Assembly (NCBI GenBank): GCA_965262715.1
Contig: OZ253553.1
Coordinates: forward strand, 608,001 to 672,000
Direction of reading: 5' to 3'
Length of the DNA stretch: 64,000 nucleotides
DNA from: Bdellovibrionales bacterium
Lineage (GTDB): Bacteria > Bdellovibrionota > Bdellovibrionia > Bdellovibrionales > JAUICD01
The position numbers and the translations under genes were made by a program. A model generated the notes under the pieces. The model had not been told where the DNA came from and ran no database searches. It worked only from the letters and a program-made list of their open reading frames with translations. Positions 18,836 through 28,906 of the stretch are shown here, one piece after another (positions within the stretch are counted from its first letter, which is position 1; each line of letters opens with the position of its first letter).

Positions 18836-20797
18836 TTATAGATTTGCAAGTTTTGCTTCTAATTGTTGTAACTGTAGAGCTCTTTTTGGAGATAGTTCTC
18901 CATTATAATTATGACGTCTCTTTGTATAGAAGAAGTGTATTTTGCAAAGTAGATTTGGACGAGTATCATTGTCATCTAGAAAATTTGAATCGTTATAATA
19001 ACTAAAGGGACATAAAAATTCATTGTCCCTGCTCAAATCGAGAAGTTCAAGTGCAACAACTTTTTCTGGTGAAGGAGGCTGGTCTTCTAATTGTCTTCTT
19101 CTAAAGTCAAAAAATCCTTCTATGATATCTAACGCGCCTGTATCTGGATGATCCTCTCCTTCTTCAACCATTAATCTATGTAGTTGTCTACTTACAAACC
19201 AGTAATCTACGAAGTACAAATCTATACGTATAGCTAGATCACGATGATTTGTATATATTTCATCAAAGAGATCATCTTCATTCAGATGATTTAAATCCCA
19301 TTCTTCAAATGTTCTTATCATACCTCTATATTGACTTTGACCAGATGTGATTGTATAGAAGAGGTGTGTTTTGCAGAGTAGGTTTGGATGGGTATCATCA
19401 AGGGTACCATCAAATAAATTGTTAAAACTACATAAAAATTCGTTGTTTTTTGTTAAATCGAGAAGTTCAAGCGCAACGGCTTTTTCTGATGAATGAGGTT
19501 GATTTTCTAATTGTCTTTTTCTACGGTTGAAAAGTTCTTCTATTGTGCGTAATGCCAGTGTGTCTGGGTGATCCACTTCTTTTGTGAGCCTTGATTCATT
19601 TAGTTTTCTGTTTACAAACCAATAATCTATGAAGTGCAAGTCTATATGTATAGCTAGATCACGATGATTTGTATATATTTCATTAAAGAGATCATCTGCA
19701 TTCAGATGATCTAAATCCAATTTTTCAAGTTTTCTTATCATACCCCTGTACCGATCTAGGTTACCTCCTTCTTCAGGTATTTTTATCATTGTATTTATAT
19801 ATTGAGTTGAATTGTCGCTTTCTTCAAATATTCTTATCATACCTCTATACTGACCCAAATCTCCTTCTTCAAATGTTCTTATCATCGTATTTATAGATTG
19901 AATTATATTTCCAGATTTAAACCACCTGCGAGACCATAATCTACCTATTGGATGATCCATTGTCTTTAAAAGTTCATCTGCAAAGCTTGTCATCTCTTCT
20001 TTTGTATATATTTGAACATTTTGATTTTCTTGATCTATTTGAACTCCGTGACCTACTGTAGTTACACTCAGTAGTGGGACACCTACAACACCTAAAGCAG
20101 TACGCGCTTTATTGTTTTGTACAAACTCAGCTTGTCTTTTTACAGCTTGGGCCCCTCTTGTTTGAGAGACAAACGATCTAACTTGAGGTGGTGTTAGTGC
20201 ACGGACGCCTGATCCTATCATACGGAATGTTCCAATAATCCCGCGAAGCACAAGGGGAAACACAAAGGCTGAAACTCTTTCGATAGCATAAAGTTGTAGG
20301 ATTCGCGCAAACCAGTTAGCTCTACTATCTACTCTTAAGATGGTGCTTCTCATGTTTTCAAGTAAATCTTCAAAGACTAAACCTCTCTCTTCTGCGCAAT
20401 CTCTTATAGCATCTTCAAATCTACTTTCATTTACGAACTCATTGACTTGGTTCATATTCGAAAAGAAAAATTTACGTTCACTTCCACCGCTAAAAATCCA
20501 ATCTTTAAAAGCACTGTATAAAGATATACGATCTATTGAGAGCCATGCGTCTATACCTTCTCGAAATCTGAAATCATCGATGTAGGGTTGTCTAAAAGTT
20601 GATGGCTGAATACGTTGGTCAAAATAGGAAGACTGATCTCTATAATATGTTGCTGCATAACAGAGTCTGTGAGCTATTCTATAAGTGGTCATTTGAGCGG
20701 ACTGAGAAAGTGACTGGCTTGCATGTGTAGAGTGAGAAGGGTAGAAGAAACAATAAATAATGAACAGTTTTAATATGTTTTTTTGATAATTTTTCAT
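18836..20797 (-). CDS. Hypothetical exported protein with a duplicated ~140-aa C-terminal domain
   Basis: 653-aa ORF; DDLF.EIYTNHRDLAI.IDL.F.DYWFV.R and EK.VALELLDL...NEFLC occur twice; DNA copies are offset by 420 bp. Confidence 0.7.
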   Translation of the reverse strand: MKNYQKNILKLFIIYCFFYPSHSTHASQSLSQSAQMTTYRIAHRLCYAATYYRDQSSYFDQRIQPSTFRQPYIDDFRFREGIDAWLSIDRISLYSAFKDWIFSGGSERKFFFSNMNQVNEFVNESRFEDAIRDCAEERGLVFEDLLENMRSTILRVDSRANWFARILQLYAIERVSAFVFPLVLRGIIGTFRMIGSGVRALTPPQVRSFVSQTRGAQAVKRQAEFVQNNKARTALGVVGVPLLSVTTVGHGVQIDQENQNVQIYTKEEMTSFADELLKTMDHPIGRLWSRRWFKSGNIIQSINTMIRTFEEGDLGQYRGMIRIFEESDNSTQYINTMIKIPEEGGNLDRYRGMIRKLEKLDLDHLNADDLFNEIYTNHRDLAIHIDLHFIDYWFVNRKLNESRLTKEVDHPDTLALRTIEELFNRRKRQLENQPHSSEKAVALELLDLTKNNEFLCSFNNLFDGTLDDTHPNLLCKTHLFYTITSGQSQYRGMIRTFEEWDLNHLNEDDLFDEIYTNHRDLAIRIDLYFVDYWFVSRQLHRLMVEEGEDHPDTGALDIIEGFFDFRRRQLEDQPPSPEKVVALELLDLSRDNEFLCPFSYYNDSNFLDDNDTRPNLLCKIHFFYTKRRHNYNGELSPKRALQLQQLEAKLANL

Positions 20798-21294
20798 AAA
20801 ATACCGCAGTTTATTTATAGCCTTCTGTAAGACATAGGATGCTTTATTAATTTTGTCAATGATTTCACCCTATTTGTAAGAATTACATATTCCTTTTGTA
20901 AGTTTTACATAGTTTTTACCTAATATGATTTTTGGTTGTCAAGGCAAGACTTTGTGTTAAAGATTTTCACCTAAAGCTTAATTAACTTGTACCTATAAAT
21001 AATGAATGGGATTTATTGATGGTTGCCAAGAGTTTATCTTATTTTTTTGTATTTCTTATTTCATGTCACAACTTTGTCTTTTAAAGTTATAAAGGTTGCG
21101 TAAGGTCAGTTATGAAAGTGGTAAAAGGTATCTTCACTATAGACAAAGGTCAGGTCTTGTGTCGATGTGAGCTTAATGTCAAAGTTCATATTTGTGTAGC
21201 AAATCTGCTTAAGCTATAGCATTGATATTTTTGATAAAGGTATATCACCGGTTAATCGACAGATAACTGCGTCTTTCCATCCTAATTTGTTTCA

Positions 21295-21439
21295 ATTTAA
21301 CATGTCGTAAAATTGTACATTTTTCAATTTCCAACTTAAGTTTTAGTGCGTCTTAACCGAAAGACTTTAATAGTGGTTATCTAAGCTAACAGATATGAAT
21401 AATAGAAGAGGCACTTGTGACGATAAAAAATACATTAAT
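21295..21439. repeat. Left 145-bp direct repeat (IS target duplication)
   Basis: Identical to 23396-23540. Confidence 0.92.
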
Positions 21440-23395
21440 CCTGAGTTTGACACTTAATTTGAATTTTCGTGATATTTTTTTCAAGGAATGTTGTATTTAT
21501 AGTCATTAGCGGTTATTGTGTTTGTATTTTGGTCAAAAAGTGTAGTGTACTTATTTATCATACACTACGCGTCATATACCTTATTTTCTTTTATTTTTTA
21601 TATTTTTCTTGTAATGTATTTTTATGTTCATAAGGTCTACAAGAAATCCGAGAGGAGACATATATTATCATCTTGTTGAGAGCTACAGATTAGGTTCTCA
21701 AGTGAAGCAAAGGATTCTAATGTCTTTAGGTAAAGCCGCGGATAAGGAAGTTAACTTGAAGAAGCTTCTAGAAGTATTATCTAAAGAGTTAGAGATAATT
21801 CCTGCTAGTAAGTTATTAAAAGAGATTGATGTTAAAGACACTTTTATATTAGGTCCCTTACTTATAATAGATGCTATTTTCAAACAATTAAATCTCTATG
21901 AATTATTAACAGATTTAAAACAAAAGCACCCTAAAGTACAATTTGATTTTGTTAAGATTATTTTTACATTGGTTATAAGCCGTTTTGTAGAGCCATGTTC
22001 TAAGCTTAAAGTATTTTCACACTGGCAGAAGTTATTTTACCCTGATTTTTTAGAAGAGGAGCTTCATCTTCAAGACATTTATCGTTCTTTAGATATTCTA
22101 AGTAAGCATAAGGAAGATATAGAGAAGACTCTTTATACACAAGGTAAGTCTCAGTTAAGTTTTTTCAATGAGTGTGATGTTATTTTGTATGATTTAACGA
22201 CATTGAGATTTGAGAGTACCCGAGAGGATTTAGATAATCTTCGAAGATTTGGTTATAGCAAAGAGAAGAGGAGTGATTGTACCCAGGTGGTATTTGGACT
22301 TTTAGTAGATAGAGAAGGTATGCCCTTAGGCTTTGATGTTTATCCTGGAAATACCTTTGAAGGTAAAACCATACCTTCAGTTATGGAGAAACTAAAAAAG
22401 AAGTTTAAGATCAGAAGATTTATATTAGTAGGAGATAGAGGTTTATTTTCTAATGAGAATTTACAATCTGTAAAAGCAAAGGGAGATGAATTTATAGTAG
22501 GATTAAAGCTAGGTTTATTAAAGGATCGTCATGCAGAGATATACAATTTAAAGAATTTTAAATTTATAAATGAAAATTTAGCTATATACGAGACGAGTTA
22601 TAATGATAATCGTTGTATAATTACCTGGTCAAGAAAGAGAGCAGAACGAGATAAGAAAGTAAGAGAAGATATTCTATCTAAGTTAGAAGATAAGCTTTCA
22701 AAATCGTCATCAAGCACAAAGGATTTTGTATCTAATAGCAATTATAAGAAGTATATTATTCATCCTAAGAGTAAAGGCAAGCCTACTTTAAATAAGTCAG
22801 CCATAGAACAATCAGAGAGGACAGATGGTTTTTTTGGAATCATTACAAATACAGATAGTTTAAGTTCTGAAGAGATTATAACGAACTATAAGCAATTATG
22901 GAAGGTAGAGAATTCATTTAGAGAATTGAAAGGTACATTAAAGACACGTCCTATGTTCCACTGGACAGATAAGAGGATCTTAGGACATTTAGTTGTGTGT
23001 TTTTTATCTTACTTATGTGAGGCTTATTTTTCAAAGAAGTTACATCAGAGAAACATCACATTAAAAGATAAAGCAATTACAGACAAGAGAATAAAGTCAA
23101 GGCCATTGAGTGTGGCAGAAGCTATGTCAAAGCTGAAAGAAGTACGAGCTATACCTGTGAGGGTAAAGGATAAGACACTTTGGATCAGAACAGATATTAA
23201 CGGTAACAATGCTGATGTATTTAAAGCTATAGGAGCAAAGATCCCATCAAAACAACTTAAAGTAGAATCTACTTAGACCTACAAACAATCTCTTAAATCT
23301 CTACCACAAAATCAAAATGTAGTGGTACAAAATCACACATCCACTGTAACTAACTAAAATAACTTAACTTTATTTTCGCAACTGTCAAACTCAGG
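21440..23395 (+). mobile_element. IS1634-family insertion sequence
   Basis: Perfect 13-bp terminal inverted repeats CCTGAGTTTGACA (21440) and TGTCAAACTCAGG (23383-23395), one transposase, long flanking direct repeat. Confidence 0.93.
21624..23276 (+). CDS. IS1634-family DDE transposase
   Basis: YYHLVESYR, LYDLTTLRFE, FGYSKEKRSD, VGDRGL, YKQLWKVENSFRELK, RPMFHW. Confidence 0.95.
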   Translation: MFIRSTRNPRGDIYYHLVESYRLGSQVKQRILMSLGKAADKEVNLKKLLEVLSKELEIIPASKLLKEIDVKDTFILGPLLIIDAIFKQLNLYELLTDLKQKHPKVQFDFVKIIFTLVISRFVEPCSKLKVFSHWQKLFYPDFLEEELHLQDIYRSLDILSKHKEDIEKTLYTQGKSQLSFFNECDVILYDLTTLRFESTREDLDNLRRFGYSKEKRSDCTQVVFGLLVDREGMPLGFDVYPGNTFEGKTIPSVMEKLKKKFKIRRFILVGDRGLFSNENLQSVKAKGDEFIVGLKLGLLKDRHAEIYNLKNFKFINENLAIYETSYNDNRCIITWSRKRAERDKKVREDILSKLEDKLSKSSSSTKDFVSNSNYKKYIIHPKSKGKPTLNKSAIEQSERTDGFFGIITNTDSLSSEEIITNYKQLWKVENSFRELKGTLKTRPMFHWTDKRILGHLVVCFLSYLCEAYFSKKLHQRNITLKDKAITDKRIKSRPLSVAEAMSKLKEVRAIPVRVKDKTLWIRTDINGNNADVFKAIGAKIPSKQLKVEST

Positions 23396-23540
23396 ATTTA
23401 ACATGTCGTAAAATTGTACATTTTTCAATTTCCAACTTAAGTTTTAGTGCGTCTTAACCGAAAGACTTTAATAGTGGTTATCTAAGCTAACAGATATGAA
23501 TAATAGAAGAGGCACTTGTGACGATAAAAAATACATTAAT
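23396..23540. repeat. Right 145-bp direct repeat (IS target duplication)
   Basis: Identical to 21295-21439; contains RBS and first codons of the downstream gene. Confidence 0.92.
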
Positions 23541-25584
23541 CTTTACTTTCATTTTTCTTGCTTTTTCTTTTCCTAATCAAGTTTCTGCACGCAGTTCTAC
23601 TTCTAAGATCAAAAAGCAGGTTAAAACTCAGAGCAATATATCTCAGAGGCAAATACCTTCTCATATAAAAAGAAAGGCTCTTGCACGCAGAGATCTAATA
23701 AGGAATTACAAAAAATTATCTGCAAAACAAAAACTGCACCTGCTTACTTCCATGGTAAGAACAATGGCTGCATTAGAGCTTGCACATAGCAGGCGTAGAG
23801 GCAGAGTTTCTACAAATTATCATGACTCTTTATTTCATCCTTTTTGGTCCTTATTTATTATGCGAGCTTATGCTGATGATAATAGCAATACCTGTTTTTT
23901 AGGTGGCCATTTGGTACCAACAAATGAGGGCGTTTGTGATTGGGGTGCTGCAAGGGCAGATGATCGTGTCAAATGTACATTCGGTGGAAACCCGGGGGTT
24001 AAATGTAATTCTGCTTTATTTCCCTCAAGCCCCTGTGTTAAAGACTTTAAATATGGACCGCGTATACTCAATTATAGTTCAACTCAAGCTTGTGCCTATG
24101 CTGATGCACATAATATTAAAAAGCATATTGAAGATGGTGGCAGAGATCTAACAAATATATCAGTAGACCCAAATATTGTATCAGAGCAATTAAATAAGCC
24201 TTCCCTTTGGGCATCAGCAAATCCAAATGTTTGGGTTGATGAGAGAGATAAACTATTAGATGGATATAAAGATGCATATGCATTACTTCTAGCAGGTCAT
24301 GATGATGGAGAGATTGTCATTCAGCTACAAGAAATTAAAGACAGATGTGAGAGTAATGTCTCTAATCGTTTTGAAAAGAAACATTGTGATGCTTTTGAAA
24401 AAGACTTAGATCATCTAGGCGTGATTGAATCAGAGCCATCTCCAGGTGAATCTGAAGATGATCCTTCACCAGGTGAAGAAGAGGGAAATGATGGGTGTTT
24501 TGCTTTTCATGAACTCCCTGGAGAGCACTTTTGTCAAGTGCGTGTAGCAACCGATCGTAGTCACAGTGAAAAAGATCATTTAATTGTCCGATTAGAAGGT
24601 ACTATCAATAATGCTGTTGCTGTGATAGACTCCCCTAGCAGAAATGCTGTTGCTGTGATAGACTCCCCTAGCAGAAATGCTGTTGCTGTGATAGACTCCC
24701 CTAGCAGAAATGCTGTTGTCTACCGTTTAGACAATGACAAATACTGTAAGGACTCTGGGTTTAAAGGTAAAAAAGCTTATTCTGAAAATACTTCAAATTT
24801 TTGGCACCCAAATGAGATATGTGGCGATGAAGCTTCTCACCCAGCATCCTTTTCTTATTTTGAAGTTAATCTTTCTATTGAGAAAAAGAATGGTAACAAT
24901 ATGTGTAAGTTTAATTTCTCTGACCATCAAGATGATCAACATTTATTGATCCCATTTAATCTAAGACTTTTAAAGGATTCCAGTAAGTTAAGTAACTTTC
25001 TTCCTGGTGTTAAAGTTCATTGTCCGTATATTAATATTGATGATGGTATTATTCCTAGAGGAAATGATACCCATATAAATTGTGCGCAACTTAAGAATAA
25101 GTTGAATGGTCCAACAAATGCTGATAAGTGTATAGATCCCGATGTAGTGGCCTTACGTGATGCTGCCAGCTCTTTGAAACACCTTGAGCAATGCAGTGGA
25201 GGACAAACCCTCACTATAAGGATAAGAAAAGGTAGAGGAGAATATCAACTATTAGATGATTGGTTGGAAGACCATCAATCTCTTGATGATGGGACATATG
25301 AAATAAAGATACAAAGAAAAAAGCCTGGTAGTAATAACACTTGGACAGGACATTATGAGTTTAATTCCCATCTTGGGGATACAGATGATCAATTTCCTCA
25401 TGGCCGAAAACATCGCACGATTTCAGATTGGCTTTATGGAAATGGAAAATCTGTGAATGATGCTGATGAAGGCGGTGGATTAAATGGCGTTGTCTCAGGA
25501 TTATGTCATCGACCACAGAGAACAAAGCTCCCACCACCACCATATCAAATTAGAGGGACTGGTAGTGGTGGACGTCCAGATTAG
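23518..25584 (+). CDS. Hypothetical secreted Cys-rich protein
   Basis: 688 aa, signal peptide, many Cys, GTG start with GAGG RBS. Confidence 0.7.
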   Translation: MTIKNTLIFTFIFLAFSFPNQVSARSSTSKIKKQVKTQSNISQRQIPSHIKRKALARRDLIRNYKKLSAKQKLHLLTSMVRTMAALELAHSRRRGRVSTNYHDSLFHPFWSLFIMRAYADDNSNTCFLGGHLVPTNEGVCDWGAARADDRVKCTFGGNPGVKCNSALFPSSPCVKDFKYGPRILNYSSTQACAYADAHNIKKHIEDGGRDLTNISVDPNIVSEQLNKPSLWASANPNVWVDERDKLLDGYKDAYALLLAGHDDGEIVIQLQEIKDRCESNVSNRFEKKHCDAFEKDLDHLGVIESEPSPGESEDDPSPGEEEGNDGCFAFHELPGEHFCQVRVATDRSHSEKDHLIVRLEGTINNAVAVIDSPSRNAVAVIDSPSRNAVAVIDSPSRNAVVYRLDNDKYCKDSGFKGKKAYSENTSNFWHPNEICGDEASHPASFSYFEVNLSIEKKNGNNMCKFNFSDHQDDQHLLIPFNLRLLKDSSKLSNFLPGVKVHCPYINIDDGIIPRGNDTHINCAQLKNKLNGPTNADKCIDPDVVALRDAASSLKHLEQCSGGQTLTIRIRKGRGEYQLLDDWLEDHQSLDDGTYEIKIQRKKPGSNNTWTGHYEFNSHLGDTDDQFPHGRKHRTISDWLYGNGKSVNDADEGGGLNGVVSGLCHRPQRTKLPPPPYQIRGTGSGGRPD
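24610..24718 (+). repeat. In-frame 33-bp tandem repeat x3.3 (NAVAVIDSPSR)
   Basis: AATGCTGTTGCTGTGATAGACTCCCCTAGCAGA, perfect adjacent copies with no spacers. Confidence 0.92.
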
Positions 25585-25677
25585 GATAGTGAAATAATAA
25601 AAATTCGATTTACAAAGGCTTTATTAAGAAGATATCAAAAGTTATCTTAAGAGTTTATCCTAAAAATAAGAATTTTT

Positions 25678-25783
25678 ATCTGGCAATCTGGTAGGCAGGA
25701 AATCCGGAAAACAGTTACCGGGAACTGTTTGCCAGAGTGCCTGTTTGCCGGAGTGCCTGAATGCCAGAAGCCATATCCCGGTA
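25678..25783. repeat. GC-rich octamer-built palindromic repeat (REP-like family)
   Basis: CTGGCAATCTGG...CCGGGAACTGTTTGCCAGA...ATCCCGG between convergent genes. Confidence 0.7.
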
Positions 25784-25800
25784 AAAAGAGTTCAAAAGTT

Positions 25801-27186
25801 TTATAAAGTATGGATGCTCAAAACATCTTCTGTTTCCATACCATAACGATAGGCAAGTTTTTGCAAATACTCAGCACTTTGCCCTGTCTCTTTTGACCAT
25901 ATAGGGATCATTTGCAAAGCTTTTTGAATTTGAGCAAAAGTGATTTTAGGATTGAGTGGTTCAAGAGTGCGAGAGTGTGTAAAGCCTAAACGATCCTGAA
26001 GAGGAAATGTTTTCAAAATATGATCTACAACATCTAAAGCTATTTTTCTATATGTTGTAAGTTTGCCTCCTGCTACAAAAGTGACATTTTGCAAATCCTG
26101 ACGATCTGTCCAAATTTTATGTCGACGACTTACCTGTGTTGAGATCATCTTATCATCTGCTTTAACCAGAGGTCTAATACCTGCATAGGCACCAATAATA
26201 TCTTTTCGAGTTACTTTCATCTTTGGAAAATAATTAATACATTGTGTCAGTAGATAATCAACATCTTCAGGTAAGACTTTTACTTCACTTGGGTCTTCCC
26301 GATAACTGGTTTCTGTTGTCCCAACAAGAAGAACATTGTCTCTTGGGATGACAAAGACAATACGAGAGTTCTTATCATCTGGTACAACCACGGCATGGTT
26401 GATGTTCAATTTTTCTTTTTTTAATACGATATGTACTCCTTTTGTTGGAAAAAGAGATGTTTTCCATTTTGCAAAGTTTTTTTGACCAAAAATATCTACC
26501 CATGGGCCCAAAGCTCCTACAAAATGTTTTGCGCGAACAATAAATTGTCTATTTGTTTTTACGCACCGCACTTGGACAGCTTCACACTGTTTATTTTTTA
26601 ATATGACTTTTTCTACAGAAGCATGTTGTAGACACAGAGCTCCTTGCCTTTGGGCAGATGTCATTGTCTCAATAGTTAATAGTTTGTCATCTGTATAGGC
26701 ATCTAAATAAATAAAGGAACCTAAAAGGTCTGTTTGCTTTAGAGGAACTTGGTAAAGAGTCTGTTTGACATTTAGCCTTCGATGTACAGCTAAACTCCCT
26801 CCGCCAAAGAAGGCTAATAGATCATAAAGACACATACCCACACTCATTTTGTTCATACCGATGCGAGATTTTTTATAAATAGGTACTACAAAAGGTAAAG
26901 GATGGACTAAATGAGGAGCAATTTCAAAAAGAATAGATCTCTCTCTCAAAGATTCTAATACCAATCCGATCTCTAAACGTTCTAAGTAGCGGATACCTCC
27001 ATGAATCAATTTACTGGATTTAGAACTTGTACCAGAGGCAAACTCACCTTTTTCAAATAGCGCAACTTTCATTAAGCGACTATTAGCATCTCTGGCAATT
27101 CCCGCTCCTGTAATCCCTCCACCAATAATGACTAAGTCAAAATATTGATCTTCAGCTTTAGAAATTTGTTTGTCTCTATTTTCCAT
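25801..27186 (-). CDS. glpD: FAD-dependent glycerol-3-phosphate dehydrogenase (possibly C-terminally short)
   Basis: IIGGGITGAGIARDA, SGTSSKSSKLIHGGIRYL, KGVHIV, AGIRPL, GGKLTTYR. Confidence 0.92.
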   Translation of the reverse strand: MENRDKQISKAEDQYFDLVIIGGGITGAGIARDANSRLMKVALFEKGEFASGTSSKSSKLIHGGIRYLERLEIGLVLESLRERSILFEIAPHLVHPLPFVVPIYKKSRIGMNKMSVGMCLYDLLAFFGGGSLAVHRRLNVKQTLYQVPLKQTDLLGSFIYLDAYTDDKLLTIETMTSAQRQGALCLQHASVEKVILKNKQCEAVQVRCVKTNRQFIVRAKHFVGALGPWVDIFGQKNFAKWKTSLFPTKGVHIVLKKEKLNINHAVVVPDDKNSRIVFVIPRDNVLLVGTTETSYREDPSEVKVLPEDVDYLLTQCINYFPKMKVTRKDIIGAYAGIRPLVKADDKMISTQVSRRHKIWTDRQDLQNVTFVAGGKLTTYRKIALDVVDHILKTFPLQDRLGFTHSRTLEPLNPKITFAQIQKALQMIPIWSKETGQSAEYLQKLAYRYGMETEDVLSIHTL

Positions 27187-27345
27187 AAAAATAGACTCAT
27201 CCTCAAAATCTGTAAAAAGTTGTATTCTAACTTTACAACCTCTTTACTTTATCATTATTTACTGTTAGGTTGCGTATCGAATTATAAAGACATAAATAAT
27301 ATAAGATTTGCTAGAAATACAACTAAAATTTATAAGGAGTGATAA

Positions 27346-28143
27346 ATGAAAATCATTTCATGGAATGTTAATGGAATTCGTGCTATCTATAAAAAAGGCC
27401 TAATGTCCTTTTTAAAACAAGAACAACCTGACATCTTTTGTGTTCAAGAGACAAAAGCGCATGTTGATCAAGTCCCAGAGGAGCTTAAGGATCACTCAAT
27501 GTTCTCTTATTGGTCAAGCGCAGAGAGAAAAGGATACTCAGGTGTTGCTACATTTTCTTTAGAAGAACCACAAAAAGTGATCTCACAAATCGGTAAAAAA
27601 CAATTTGACAATGAAGGCCGCTTCTTAATTAGTTACCACGGATACAGTTCAAGAACTCAGGTATTCTCAAAGGAAGATTTTGTGCTATACAATGTGTACT
27701 TCCCAAATGGAAGAAGTAAACAAGAAAGACAAATTTATAAAATGCAATTTAATAGAGAACTTTTAAATGTTCTGAAAAATGACATAGCATCTGGAAAAGA
27801 AATCATTATTTTAGGAGACTATAATGTAGCTCCAACAGAAATAGATCTTTATGATCCTGAAAAACATTGTCATGTGAGTGGATTTTTGCCGGAAGAAAGA
27901 GCTTGGTTTCAAGATCTACTCGACTTAGGTTTTATAGATATATTCAGACACTTCTTTCCAGATAAAAAAGATTGTTACACATGGTGGAGCCAAAAAGAAG
28001 CAGCCCGTCTTTCAAATAAAGGATGGAGAATAGATATTATTTGTATCACAAAAGGCTTGGTTGATAGGGTGTTAGGAGTTGATATTTTAGATCAAGCCCA
28101 AGGATCAGACCATTGTCCTATAGCTGTAGAAATTGAAACATAA
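27346..28143 (+). CDS. xth: Exodeoxyribonuclease III
   Basis: ISWNVNGIRA, CVQETKA, KGYSGVA, GDYNVA, YTWWS, GWRID, GSDHCP. Confidence 0.96.
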   Translation: MKIISWNVNGIRAIYKKGLMSFLKQEQPDIFCVQETKAHVDQVPEELKDHSMFSYWSSAERKGYSGVATFSLEEPQKVISQIGKKQFDNEGRFLISYHGYSSRTQVFSKEDFVLYNVYFPNGRSKQERQIYKMQFNRELLNVLKNDIASGKEIIILGDYNVAPTEIDLYDPEKHCHVSGFLPEERAWFQDLLDLGFIDIFRHFFPDKKDCYTWWSQKEAARLSNKGWRIDIICITKGLVDRVLGVDILDQAQGSDHCPIAVEIET

Positions 28144-28448
28144 GTTTCTATTAAATAACTGTGTTTGATGATTTTAAGGGGTTCATTTTTGTATAAATTT
28201 TTTATTTACATATAAGAAAATTTTATGGTATTAAAACAATATAATAATTAAAGTAAGCTTGATATAAAAAGTATAAGATTTTATATTAGTCTTTAAGGTT
28301 TTTTAATTAACTTTGATTTTTTAAAAAATATAGAAACATGACCTTTATTAAAGGCATTTTTAAAAAGCCAAAGAGGTAACAGTGTGAGTTAAGTTTAAAA
28401 TAATTTATTTATGTTTCATTAGACCATCATTAAAGAGGGGGATGTACA

Positions 28449-28817
28449 ATGAAATTACAAGAGAACTTTGTGAATCAATGTAAGCACAAATTATTACAAG
28501 AAAAAAGCAACATTATAAATCGTGTTCAATCTTACCGTTATAATTTATTTTCCTCTATAGAGAAAAGTGGAGATGAGGCAGATCAAACTTCGGCACTTTT
28601 GCAAGAGAAGGAAACTCTTTCTTTGCATGAGAGGCTCAAGTCAAAACTTATGGAAATTGAAAAGGCTTTAACTCGTATCGAGAGGGGCTCCTATGGAGTT
28701 TGTGAAGAAACAGAAGAGCCAATTGAGGTTGAAAGGCTGCGCACCATTCCTTGGACATCTTTGAGTATTGAAGGTGCTGAGATTAGAGAGAATGTCATGA
28801 AAAAGTACGCCAGATAA
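28449..28817 (+). CDS. dksA: DksA/TraR family protein (single-Cys variant)
   Basis: Coiled-coil tip GDEADQ; ALTRIERGSYGVCEETEEPIEVERL..IPWTSLSIE. Confidence 0.85.
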   Translation: MKLQENFVNQCKHKLLQEKSNIINRVQSYRYNLFSSIEKSGDEADQTSALLQEKETLSLHERLKSKLMEIEKALTRIERGSYGVCEETEEPIEVERLRTIPWTSLSIEGAEIRENVMKKYAR

Positions 28818-28823
28818 ATACAT

Positions 28824-28870
28824 AAAAGCTCAAGGTTTCTTTACTTAGAAGAAACTTGAAGAGCTTTTTT
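28824..28870. terminator. Probable bidirectional rho-independent terminator
   Basis: AAAAGCTC...GAGCTTTTTT imperfect stem between convergent genes. Confidence 0.6.
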
Positions 28871-28906
28871 GTGTTTTTCTTATCTTATATTACATATCTT
28901 TGATTT

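Noticed and set aside
24610..24718. 33-bp repeats as a CRISPR array
   Set aside because: Units are directly adjacent with no spacers, in frame within a CDS, and no cas genes are present.
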